A DNA stretch of 32,000 bases, taken from Halorhodospira halophila SL1 (GTDB taxonomy: Bacteria > Pseudomonadota > Gammaproteobacteria > Nitrococcales > Halorhodospiraceae). The notes beneath the pieces were generated by a model. The model searched no databases. It worked only from the letters and a program-made list of their open reading frames with translations, and was not told the origin of the DNA. Below, piece after piece: positions 9,113 through 16,647 of the stretch; the first letter of the stretch is position 1; the number at the start of each line of letters is the position of its first letter. The DNA lies in the NCBI RefSeq assembly GCF_000015585.1, contig NC_008789.1, positions 1,470,001-1,502,000 of the forward strand, written 5' to 3'. Made by a program: the position numbers and the translations under genes.

Positions 9113-9636
9113 GCACAAGACTGTTTACAGCGTTGCAGGCGCGCCGCGGCGAGACCCCGCGGGGGCTCCGCGAGCTGCTCGTGGCGCTTTTCCTGCTTGC
9201 TGGCGCGGCCATGGCGGCCCCGGCCGGTGCGGTCTCCATCGGTGAACCCCTGGAGTTCGAGACCGAGGAGCAGGAGGAGCAGTACTACACCCTGGTCCGG
9301 CAGCTGCGCTGTACCGTCTGCCAGACTGAGACCATCTACGAGTCGCCGGCCGAGCTGGCCGGCGACATGCGCCGCCGGGTCTACGAGATGACCGTGGACG
9401 GTTACGACAAGGACGAGATCGTCGATTTCATGACAGCCCGCTACGGCGATTACGTCCGCTACAACCCGCCGCTGCAGATGAACACCGCCCTGCTCTGGGT
9501 CAGCCCCTTCCTGCTGCTGGTCATCGGCGGCGTGGCCTGGCTGCAGGTCGTCCGCCATCGTCAGCAGAAGGCGGCGCAGACCGACCTGAGCGAATCCGAG
9601 CGGCGGGCGCTGGAACGCTTCCGGCGCGGCGACTAA
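9109..9636 (+). CDS. ccmH: Cytochrome c biogenesis protein CcmH (CcmL/NrfF-type)
   Basis: Has a signal sequence, the LRCTVCQ redox motif and a C-terminal TM helix. Its start overlaps ccmG as ATGA. Confidence 0.85.
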   Translation: MSTRLFTALQARRGETPRGLRELLVALFLLAGAAMAAPAGAVSIGEPLEFETEEQEEQYYTLVRQLRCTVCQTETIYESPAELAGDMRRRVYEMTVDGYDKDEIVDFMTARYGDYVRYNPPLQMNTALLWVSPFLLLVIGGVAWLQVVRHRQQKAAQTDLSESERRALERFRRGD

Positions 9637-9651
9637 CCCAAGGGGGAATCG

Positions 9652-10548
9652 ATGAGTGGAGCCTTCGTCGGGGCCATTGTGGTCCTCTGCATCATCGCCT
9701 TGATCTTCGTGCTCTTCCCGCTGCTGCGGGATGTGGCACAGACGCGGACGCAATCCCGCCGCCAGATCAACGCGGCGATCCACCGGGACCGCATCCGCGA
9801 GCTCGACCAAGACCTGGATAACGGCACGCTGAGCCGGGCGCAGTACGATGCGGCCATCGCCGACCTGGACCGGGATCTGGTCCAGAGCGGGGCCATCGAC
9901 AGCGAGGAGGATCAGGCCGGTTATATGCCCCGGGCCCGCCGCGGCGTGGTCGCCGCGGCGGCCACGCTAAGCGCGGTGGCGGTGCCGGTGCTGGCCCTGT
10001 CCATGTACCACTCCCTGGGCGACGAGCGTGCCTTCACCCAGGCCGGCACGCCCACCACGCCGGATCGCCAGCAGCAGGGCGAGGCCCCGGGGCAGCCACA
10101 GCAGCACGATCCGGACGAGATCGAGGCCATGGCGCAGCAACTGCGCGAGCGCCTGGAACAGAGCCCCGACGATCCGACCGGGTGGGTGCTCTACGGCCGC
10201 ACCATGATCTACCTGGAGAACCTGGACGAGGCCGAGAACGCCTTCCGGCGGGCCCTGGACCTGGGGGCCGACGACGACCCGAGCCTGCTCGCCGAGTACG
10301 CCGATATCCTGGCGGCCACCACCGGCAATCTCCAGGGCGAACCCATGGAGTATCTGGAACGGGCGCTGGAGATCGATCCGGGCCATGTCCGGGCATTGTG
10401 GCTGGCCGGAACGGCGGCCTACAACCAGGCGGACTACGATCAGGCGCGCTCCTACTGGGAGGATCTCTTGGAGGTCGTGCCGCCGGAGTCCCAAGAGGCC
10501 CAGGCCATCCAGTCGAACCTGCGACAGCTCCCCGAAGGCGAGGGCTGA
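9652..10548 (+). CDS. ccmI: Cytochrome c biogenesis TPR protein CcmI/CycH
   Basis: Has an N-terminal TM helix, a charged loop and TPR-like C-terminal repeats (ENAFRRALDLGADDD...YLERALEIDPGHVRALWLAG). It occupies the last position of the ccm operon. Confidence 0.8.
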   Translation: MSGAFVGAIVVLCIIALIFVLFPLLRDVAQTRTQSRRQINAAIHRDRIRELDQDLDNGTLSRAQYDAAIADLDRDLVQSGAIDSEEDQAGYMPRARRGVVAAAATLSAVAVPVLALSMYHSLGDERAFTQAGTPTTPDRQQQGEAPGQPQQHDPDEIEAMAQQLRERLEQSPDDPTGWVLYGRTMIYLENLDEAENAFRRALDLGADDDPSLLAEYADILAATTGNLQGEPMEYLERALEIDPGHVRALWLAGTAAYNQADYDQARSYWEDLLEVVPPESQEAQAIQSNLRQLPEGEG

Positions 10549-10560
10549 CGCCCTCCATCG

Positions 10561-10593
10561 GCAGGGTGCGGGGTCAACAACCCCGCACCCTGC
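10561..10593. terminator. Strong GC hairpin between the convergent genes ccmI and the Trx-like gene; candidate bidirectional terminator
   Basis: GCAGGGTGCGGGG-tcaacaa-CCCCGCACCCTGC is a perfect 13-bp stem. There is no clear U-tract on either side. Confidence 0.5.
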
Positions 10594-10601
10594 GCCGGCG
10601 G

Positions 10602-11054
10602 TCAGCCGCCGCCGACCTCCGCTGCCATATCACGAATCTCCGCCGCATCCCGCGGGGGCGCCAGGGCATCCTGGAACTCGCCCTGGGCATCGAAGAACAT
10701 CAGCACGCCGGCGGTGCTCACCCCGTACTGATCGGCGAACGCCTGCCCTTCCGGCGTGCCCAGATCGGCGACAATGAACGACACCCCGGCGCGCTCCACC
10801 TCACCGAGTCCGTCCAGCTGATCCATGATCCCCATGCTCGTCGGATTGGCGGTCTCGTGGGTCAGTACCCCGACCGGCTCCCCTTGCCCGATGCGGCTCA
10901 GATCGGTACTGAAGCCCCCGCCGGGCAGGCTCTGCCAGATCAGGCCCGCCGCTCCGAAGAGCACCCCCACCGCCAGTAGCCAACTGGCCCAGCGCGGCAG
11001 ATTCTTCGGCCGCTGCTTCTTCCCGCCGGGCGGGCCCTGCCGGGTTTCGGCCAT
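10602..11054 (-). CDS. Membrane-anchored periplasmic protein with a possible thioredoxin-like fold, lacking any cysteine
   Basis: Start chosen at the ATG at 11054, preceded by a GGAGGAG RBS, giving 150 aa (MAETRQGPPGGKKQRPKNLPRW plus one TM helix). The segment VSFIVADLGTPEGQAFADQYGVSTAGVLMFFDAQGE resembles the thioredoxin beta3-alpha3-beta4 region. The protein contains no Cys at all. The longer track ORF to 11549 would overlap nrfA and is rejected. Confidence 0.6.
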   Translation of the reverse strand: MAETRQGPPGGKKQRPKNLPRWASWLLAVGVLFGAAGLIWQSLPGGGFSTDLSRIGQGEPVGVLTHETANPTSMGIMDQLDGLGEVERAGVSFIVADLGTPEGQAFADQYGVSTAGVLMFFDAQGEFQDALAPPRDAAEIRDMAAEVGGG

Positions 11055-11210
11055 GTCTCTCCTCCCCTGCTCTGCGATGGATGATCGGTCTGCACCAACG
11101 TTCAAGGCTGCCGCCGGGCACGCGGACATGCAAGGTTCTGTATTGGACGGCCGTAAACATTGAGCACTACGATGACAGTGATCGGCTCGGTCTACCGAGG
11201 AGTGGGAACA

Positions 11211-12821
11211 ATGGGCGAGCGCACACGTCAACTGAGGGCAGCCGTACTGGGTTTCACCCTGATCGGGATCATCGTCGGTCTCGCTTCCACCGCTGCTTAC
11301 GATGGGGCGGACGGCGCCACCGCCGACGAGGAGACCGCCACGGATTCGCACGACGCCCCTGACACGGATACCTCCGCCGACGACATCGACGAGTGGAGCC
11401 TCGGCATCGGCAACAGCGCCTTCCGCCACCTGCCGCAGTACCGCTCCTACCAGAAGAACTGGGACGACACGGTGATGACCGAGTACGGCGGCTCCGTGCC
11501 CCACCACAAGCACGACGGCGAGAACCCTCTGCCCGAGGGCTACAAGCACGCCCAGCCGTACCTGAAGAACCTGTGGCTAGGCTACCCGTTCTCGTGGCAC
11601 TACGAACGCGCCCGCGGGCACACCTACGCCGTCATCGACGTGACCACCACCGACCGGATCAACCGCTACAGCGAGGAAGCAGACCTGCCGGCGACCTGCT
11701 GGAACTGCAAGGGCAACTCCATGCCACAGCTGCTGGAGGCCAAGGGCGACGATTTCTGGTCCTCGAACTTCCACGACTACCGCAAGATCCACGATCCGGC
11801 GGACCACGCCATCGGCTGCACCAACTGCCACGATCCCAACGACGACATGCGGCTGAGGATCACCAGCGTGCCGCTGAAGGCGTACCTCGATCGTCAGGGC
11901 AAGGACTGGCGCAACAAGTCTACCCAGGAGATGCGCTCCCTGGTCTGCGCCCAATGCCACGTCGAGTACTACTTCGAGGACGGCGATCACGGCGTGGCCG
12001 CCAAGCCGCACCTACCGTGGGACGAGGGCCTGGACCCGGGCGACATGTTCGAGTTCAAGGAGGACGGCGATCCGGAGCGCGACGGCTTCAAGGGGCAGTT
12101 CGTCGACTGGGTGCACCCGGTCTCCGAGACGCCGATGATCAAGGTCCAGCACCCGGAGTTCGAGATGTATCAGGGCAGCGTCCACGCCGAGGCGGACGTC
12201 GCCTGCGCTGACTGCCATATGCCCCGGGTCAGCAAAGGGCGCGCCGACATCACCTCGCACCACCTGACCTCGCCCTTGAGCAGCGAGGAGATGATCGAGA
12301 AGGCGTGCCAGAGCTGTCATGAGGACCAATCCCCGAGCTGGCTGCGCGAGCGCACCGAATACCACCAGGAGCGGGTCTGGCGGCAGCTGAACATCGCCCA
12401 GGAGAAGTCCGTCCGCGCCCACGAGGCCGTGCGCCTGGCCCGGGAGCTGGACGATGAACAGGTGGACGGCGCTCTGCTCGACGAAGCCCGGCAGTTGATC
12501 CGCCGTGGCCAGTGGCACTGGGACTACGTCTCGGCCGAGAACAGCGCCGGCGCCCACAACCCGAGCAAGGCCCTCGACACCCTGGCCTCGTCCCAGCAGT
12601 ACAGCGACCGCGCCGTGGAGCTGGCCCTGCGTGCCAGCGACTACGCCATTGCCCCGGATCTCTTCGCCGCCCCCATCGAGGAGCTGGTACCGCCGATCAT
12701 GGAGCACAGCCGGGCGCTCCAGATGGACGAGGAGCACCTCGCCTCGCACCCGTGGCTCGAGTACCTGGAACCGCTCCCGGAGGCGGAAAAGATCTGGGAA
12801 GGCAACGAGCGTCTGCGCTGA
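11211..12821 (+). CDS. nrfA: Ammonia-forming pentaheme cytochrome c nitrite reductase NrfA
   Basis: Five heme sites in canonical order: CWNCK (11697-11711, the lysine-ligated active-site heme), CTNCH, CAQCHVEYYF, CADCH and CQSCH. RGHTYAV lies upstream of heme 1. Start chosen at the ATG at 11211 (MGERTRQLR plus a hydrophobic segment); the track ORF begins at 11160. Confidence 0.9.
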   Translation: MGERTRQLRAAVLGFTLIGIIVGLASTAAYDGADGATADEETATDSHDAPDTDTSADDIDEWSLGIGNSAFRHLPQYRSYQKNWDDTVMTEYGGSVPHHKHDGENPLPEGYKHAQPYLKNLWLGYPFSWHYERARGHTYAVIDVTTTDRINRYSEEADLPATCWNCKGNSMPQLLEAKGDDFWSSNFHDYRKIHDPADHAIGCTNCHDPNDDMRLRITSVPLKAYLDRQGKDWRNKSTQEMRSLVCAQCHVEYYFEDGDHGVAAKPHLPWDEGLDPGDMFEFKEDGDPERDGFKGQFVDWVHPVSETPMIKVQHPEFEMYQGSVHAEADVACADCHMPRVSKGRADITSHHLTSPLSSEEMIEKACQSCHEDQSPSWLRERTEYHQERVWRQLNIAQEKSVRAHEAVRLARELDDEQVDGALLDEARQLIRRGQWHWDYVSAENSAGAHNPSKALDTLASSQQYSDRAVELALRASDYAIAPDLFAAPIEELVPPIMEHSRALQMDEEHLASHPWLEYLEPLPEAEKIWEGNERLR

Positions 12822-12843
12822 CACCACGCGGAGGACCCCACGG

Positions 12844-13299
12844 ATGAGACGCCTCGGCTCCCTCGGCATCTTCGCGCTGCTGCTGGTGGTGGTGGCGATT
12901 CTGATGGGCGGCGGCTACGGCGCCCATCAGCTGACCATCAACAACCACTTCTGCGCCGCCTGCCACGCCTACGAGAAGACCTCCTGGGATCAGAGCGAGC
13001 ACCGGCAGGTGGACTGTATCGAGTGCCACACCAAGGGCTTCGCTTACGACAAGCTCCAGGGGACGCGCAAGGTCTGGCTCACGGTCACCGGACAGATCAA
13101 CCCCCACAACGATCCCCTGCCGCGCTACCCCGAGGACACCACCGAGAACTGCGTCGACTGCCACATCACCGACGCCATCGCCGAGGAGCAGCCGTTCTTC
13201 ATCGCCCGACACAACCGCTACATGGAACACGCCGCCACCTGTATGGCGTGCCACGACTCCGGCCACGACCGGCAGCTCCAGCGGATGAAGCGGCCCTAG
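12844..13299 (+). CDS. nrfH: Membrane-anchored tetraheme quinol dehydrogenase NrfH (NapC/NirT family)
   Basis: ATG at 12844 follows a GGAGGA RBS. The protein has an N-terminal TM helix and four CxxCH sites (CAACH, CIECH, CVDCH, CMACH), about 151 aa. It lies 22 nt downstream of nrfA. Confidence 0.85.
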   Translation: MRRLGSLGIFALLLVVVAILMGGGYGAHQLTINNHFCAACHAYEKTSWDQSEHRQVDCIECHTKGFAYDKLQGTRKVWLTVTGQINPHNDPLPRYPEDTTENCVDCHITDAIAEEQPFFIARHNRYMEHAATCMACHDSGHDRQLQRMKRP

Positions 13300-13362
13300 C
13301 CGGCTCGTCCCGTCACCGGATGATCTCTCCGGCGGCGGGCCGGGCCCTGCGCGGCGGGCCGA

Positions 13363-15453
13363 TCAGCCCACGGCCCGGCCGAAGACCCAGAGCACGAAGG
13401 CAAAGCGCAAGGCCGCCTCCTCCAGGTAGTCGAAGCGACCGCCCGGCCCGGCGTGGCCGGCGCTCATGTTGGTCTGCAGCAGCAGCGGGTTGTCGTCGGT
13501 CTTCAGGGCACGCAGACGGGCCACCCACTTGGCCGGCTCCCAGTAGGTCACCCGCGGATCCGAGACCCCGGCGGTGGCCAGGATGGGCGGATAGGCCTGC
13601 GCCTGGATGTTCTCGTAGGGCGAGTAGCCGAGGATGGTATGGAAAGCCCGCTCGTCCTCGATGGGGTTGCCCCACTCCGGCCACTCCGGCGGGGTGAGCG
13701 GCAGGCTCGGGTCGCTCATGGTGTTGAGCACATCCACAAAGGGCACATCCGCCACCGCGGCCCCGAAGAGCTCCGGGCGCTGATTGAGCACGGCGCCGAC
13801 GAGCATGCCGCCGGCCGAGCCGCCGTGGACCACCACCCGCCCGGCCCCGGTGTAACCGGCGTCGATCAGGTGCTCGGCGCAGGCGATGTAGTCGCTGAAG
13901 GTATTCGGCTTGTGCTCGAGCTTGCCGGCGTCGTACCAGCGGTAGCCGCGTTCCTTGCCGCCGCGCACGTGAGCAATGGCGAAGACGAAGCCGCGGTCGA
14001 CCAGCGACAGTCGATGCGGCGAGAAGGCCGCCGGCTGGCTGATGCCGTAGGCACCGTAGCCGTTGAGCCACAGCGGGGTATCCGGGCCCGGCTGCAGATC
14101 CGCGCGGTGGACGAGCGAGATCGGCACCCGCTCACCATCCGGGGCCGTGGCCTCGATGCGGTGCGCCACGTAGGCGGCCGGATCGTGCCCGCTAGGGATC
14201 TCCTGCTCCTTGCGCAAGCTGCGCACCCGGGTCTCCATGTCGTAGTCGTAGACCCGGCCCGGCGTCGTCAACGACGAGTAGCTGAAGCGCAGGGTGGTGG
14301 TGTCGTACTCGAAGCCGCCCGAGATGCCCAGCGCGTAGGCCGCCTCGTCGAAGGCGACGCTGTGCTCGGCGCCGTCGCCCAGACGACGGACCACGATGCG
14401 CGGCAGCGCATCCTCGCTCTCCAGGCGCACCAGGTGCTCCCGGAACAGCAGCATATCGTGGATCAGCACCCCGGGGCGGTGGGGCACGACCTCTTCGAAA
14501 TGCCCCGGTTCCGGGGCTTCCAGGGGCGCCTGGACGATGCGGAAGTCCTGCGCCTGCCGGTTGGTCAGGATCAGCCAGCGGTCGCCGCTGTCGCTGACTG
14601 CGTACTCCACCCCGCGCTCGCGGGGCATGAGGCAGCGAAAGCCGGCCGCCGGGTCGTCGGCCAGCGCAGCGTGGACCTCCGAGGTGGTGTGATCGTGGGT
14701 CTCAATGAGCACGTAGCGCCGGCTCTCGGTGCGGTCCAGGCCGACGAAGAACCCCGGATCAGTCTCCTCGTAGACCAGCGCGTCGCTGGCCGAATCGGTG
14801 CCAAGACAGTGGCGATAAACCCAGCGCGGCCGGTGCTCGTCATCGAGCACCGTATAGAGCAGGGTCTGGCCGTCGCCGGCCCAGACGAAGTCGCCGCGGG
14901 CCTGCTCCAGGGCATCCGGCAGATCGGCCCCACCGGCAAGATCCCGAAAGCGAATGGTGTACGCCTCGGCACCGCTGGTATCCACGGCGTAGGCCAGGTA
15001 GCGGTGGTCGTCGCTGTGCGCCCAGTCGCCGAGCTGGAAGTAAGCGTGCCCCTCGGCCAGGGCGTCGCCATCGAGCAGCACCTCCTCGGCCCCGCCCCCG
15101 CGAGGCCGACGGCAGGCCACCGGGTGCTGCCCGCCGGCGCGGAAGCGGACATAGTACTCGTAGGCGCCGTCGGGATCGGGGACCGAGGCGTCCTCCTCCT
15201 TGATCCGCCCGCGCAGCTCGGCGAAAAGCCGCTCACGCAGCCCGGCCACCGGCTGCAGCACCGCCTCGGTGTAGGCGTTCTCGGCCTCCAGGTGGGCACG
15301 GATGGACGACTGCAGCTGCTGCGGGTCGAGCATCGCCTCCCGCCAGTTCGGATCGCGCAACCAGGCGTAGGGGTCGGTGCGGCGCACCCCGAAGCGTTCG
15401 ATCACCTCGGGGGTCTCGGCGGCCCGGGGCGGCTGCGGCGTCGACTCGGTCAT
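13363..15453 (-). CDS. ptrB: Oligopeptidase B / protease II (S9A prolyl oligopeptidase family)
   Basis: A 696 aa ORF with a beta-propeller N-terminal half. The catalytic serine motif is GGSAGGMLVG. The N-terminus (DPYAWLRD) is typical of PtrB. Confidence 0.88.
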   Translation of the reverse strand: MTESTPQPPRAAETPEVIERFGVRRTDPYAWLRDPNWREAMLDPQQLQSSIRAHLEAENAYTEAVLQPVAGLRERLFAELRGRIKEEDASVPDPDGAYEYYVRFRAGGQHPVACRRPRGGGAEEVLLDGDALAEGHAYFQLGDWAHSDDHRYLAYAVDTSGAEAYTIRFRDLAGGADLPDALEQARGDFVWAGDGQTLLYTVLDDEHRPRWVYRHCLGTDSASDALVYEETDPGFFVGLDRTESRRYVLIETHDHTTSEVHAALADDPAAGFRCLMPRERGVEYAVSDSGDRWLILTNRQAQDFRIVQAPLEAPEPGHFEEVVPHRPGVLIHDMLLFREHLVRLESEDALPRIVVRRLGDGAEHSVAFDEAAYALGISGGFEYDTTTLRFSYSSLTTPGRVYDYDMETRVRSLRKEQEIPSGHDPAAYVAHRIEATAPDGERVPISLVHRADLQPGPDTPLWLNGYGAYGISQPAAFSPHRLSLVDRGFVFAIAHVRGGKERGYRWYDAGKLEHKPNTFSDYIACAEHLIDAGYTGAGRVVVHGGSAGGMLVGAVLNQRPELFGAAVADVPFVDVLNTMSDPSLPLTPPEWPEWGNPIEDERAFHTILGYSPYENIQAQAYPPILATAGVSDPRVTYWEPAKWVARLRALKTDDNPLLLQTNMSAGHAGPGGRFDYLEEAALRFAFVLWVFGRAVG

Positions 15454-15454
15454 A

Positions 15455-15913
15455 TCAGTCGGTCCCCTCCGGCGGTGTCAGCAGGAAGTGCCCCCGCGCC
15501 GCAGCGATGGGACGCTTGGGATCCGACTGCCAGGCGCTGGCGTGGACGTTGGCCACGCGGCGCCCCTGACGTCGGATCTCCACGGCGGCGTAGGTAGTCT
15601 CCTGCGCCCCGCGGCGCAGGTAGTCGACGTGGAAGTTGATGATGCGCGGCAGATAGCAGCTCTGCCCCTCCCAGAGGATCTGCATGATCGCGCCGTGCTC
15701 CAGGAAGGCCCCCAGCAGCCCGCCGTGCAGCGAGCCGCTGCCCGGCCGGCCAATGAGATCGTCCCGGTACGGCAGGCGGATGCACAGGCCTTCGCCCTCG
15801 GGGCACGCCTCGAAGCGCATGCCGATCAAGCGGGCGTAGGGCACCAGGTCGGTGAGGCGTTCGTAATCGCCGGCGGCACGGGCGGCGCGAACCTGTTCCA
15901 GCAGTTCAGCCAC
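15455..15913 (-). CDS. PaaI/YigI-type hotdog-fold acyl-CoA thioesterase (paralog 2)
   Basis: A 152 aa ORF with the PaaI-family pattern G.LHGGLLGAFLEHG. Its stop is 1 nt from the ptrB start. Confidence 0.75.
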   Translation of the reverse strand: MAELLEQVRAARAAGDYERLTDLVPYARLIGMRFEACPEGEGLCIRLPYRDDLIGRPGSGSLHGGLLGAFLEHGAIMQILWEGQSCYLPRIINFHVDYLRRGAQETTYAAVEIRRQGRRVANVHASAWQSDPKRPIAAARGHFLLTPPEGTD

Positions 15914-16364
15914 GCCCCACCCCCTCGCGCAGGCGCATGAAGGCGCTCATGCTGGTAGCGAAGGGCTCCGCCGGGTCATCCTCGTAGGCGACGGCCCGGG
16001 CGAAGGCCACCTCGTTGGCCAGGCGGTAGCACTCGCAGCGGGCGTAGACATCCCGCCCCGGGGCCGCCGGCCGCAGGTGATCGACCCGCAGATCGAGGGT
16101 AACGATACGCTCCTCCGGGCCGGTGGCCATCAGCACGGCCGCCCCGCAGCTCTGATCGATCAAGGTGGTGATCACCCCGCCGTGGATGTGCCCGGTCTCG
16201 GGGTTGCCGATCAGCTCCGGGCGGTACGGCACCCGGGCGATCAGGTACTCGGCACCGAGTTCCACCAGCTCCAGGCCGATGAGGGCCCCGTGGGGCGAGC
16301 CCCGAAAGAGCCGCCGGGCGTGCTCGAGGCCGATCCCGGCAGCGTTGTCCGTCTCTGCGGTCAT
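15906..16364 (-). CDS. PaaI/YigI-type hotdog-fold acyl-CoA thioesterase (paralog 1)
   Basis: A 152 aa ORF with the motif GHIHGGVITTLIDQSCG. It overlaps the downstream paralog by 8 nt. Confidence 0.75.
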   Translation of the reverse strand: MTAETDNAAGIGLEHARRLFRGSPHGALIGLELVELGAEYLIARVPYRPELIGNPETGHIHGGVITTLIDQSCGAAVLMATGPEERIVTLDLRVDHLRPAAPGRDVYARCECYRLANEVAFARAVAYEDDPAEPFATSMSAFMRLREGVGRG

Positions 16365-16647
16365 GTTCTGTCCCTTGGCTGCGGCGGCCTGCGCGGTGTG
16401 AGGCCGCCGTCACGTGGGTGGTGACGCCGCCCAGTCTACGAGCCCGCCGGCAGAGATCAAGCAACGCGCCGGGCGGCGCGGCGCACCGGGGTGCTGCAGG
16501 TGCACACAACCCGTTCGGCCAAGCTATTGATCCCGCAGCAAAGACCGGCCTACCGTTGAACCGCTGCCCGCCCCGGTGGGCGGCCGCGTGACCCGGAGGA
16601 ACGGCTGACCACGACACAACAACAACACCCAGCGCCAGGAGGAAACC

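Noticed and set aside
10602-11549. A 315-aa track ORF extending the Trx-like gene far upstream, and similar N-terminal extensions of track ORFs 766-1803, 19485-20909, 12505-13299 and 22860-23477.
   Set aside because: The extensions overlap neighbouring well-supported genes or lack an RBS. Internal ATG starts with good Shine-Dalgarno sequences give proteins of family-typical length.
16365-16647. The largest intergenic region (283 bp), between the thioesterase operon and fadL, was inspected for a tRNA, sRNA, riboswitch or repeat element.
   Set aside because: Only short 6-bp stems were seen (for example CGTCAC-n7-GTGACG and CCGCCC-cggt-GGGCGG). There is no cloverleaf, no recognisable riboswitch core and no repeat copies elsewhere in the window. 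It is most simply a divergent promoter region.
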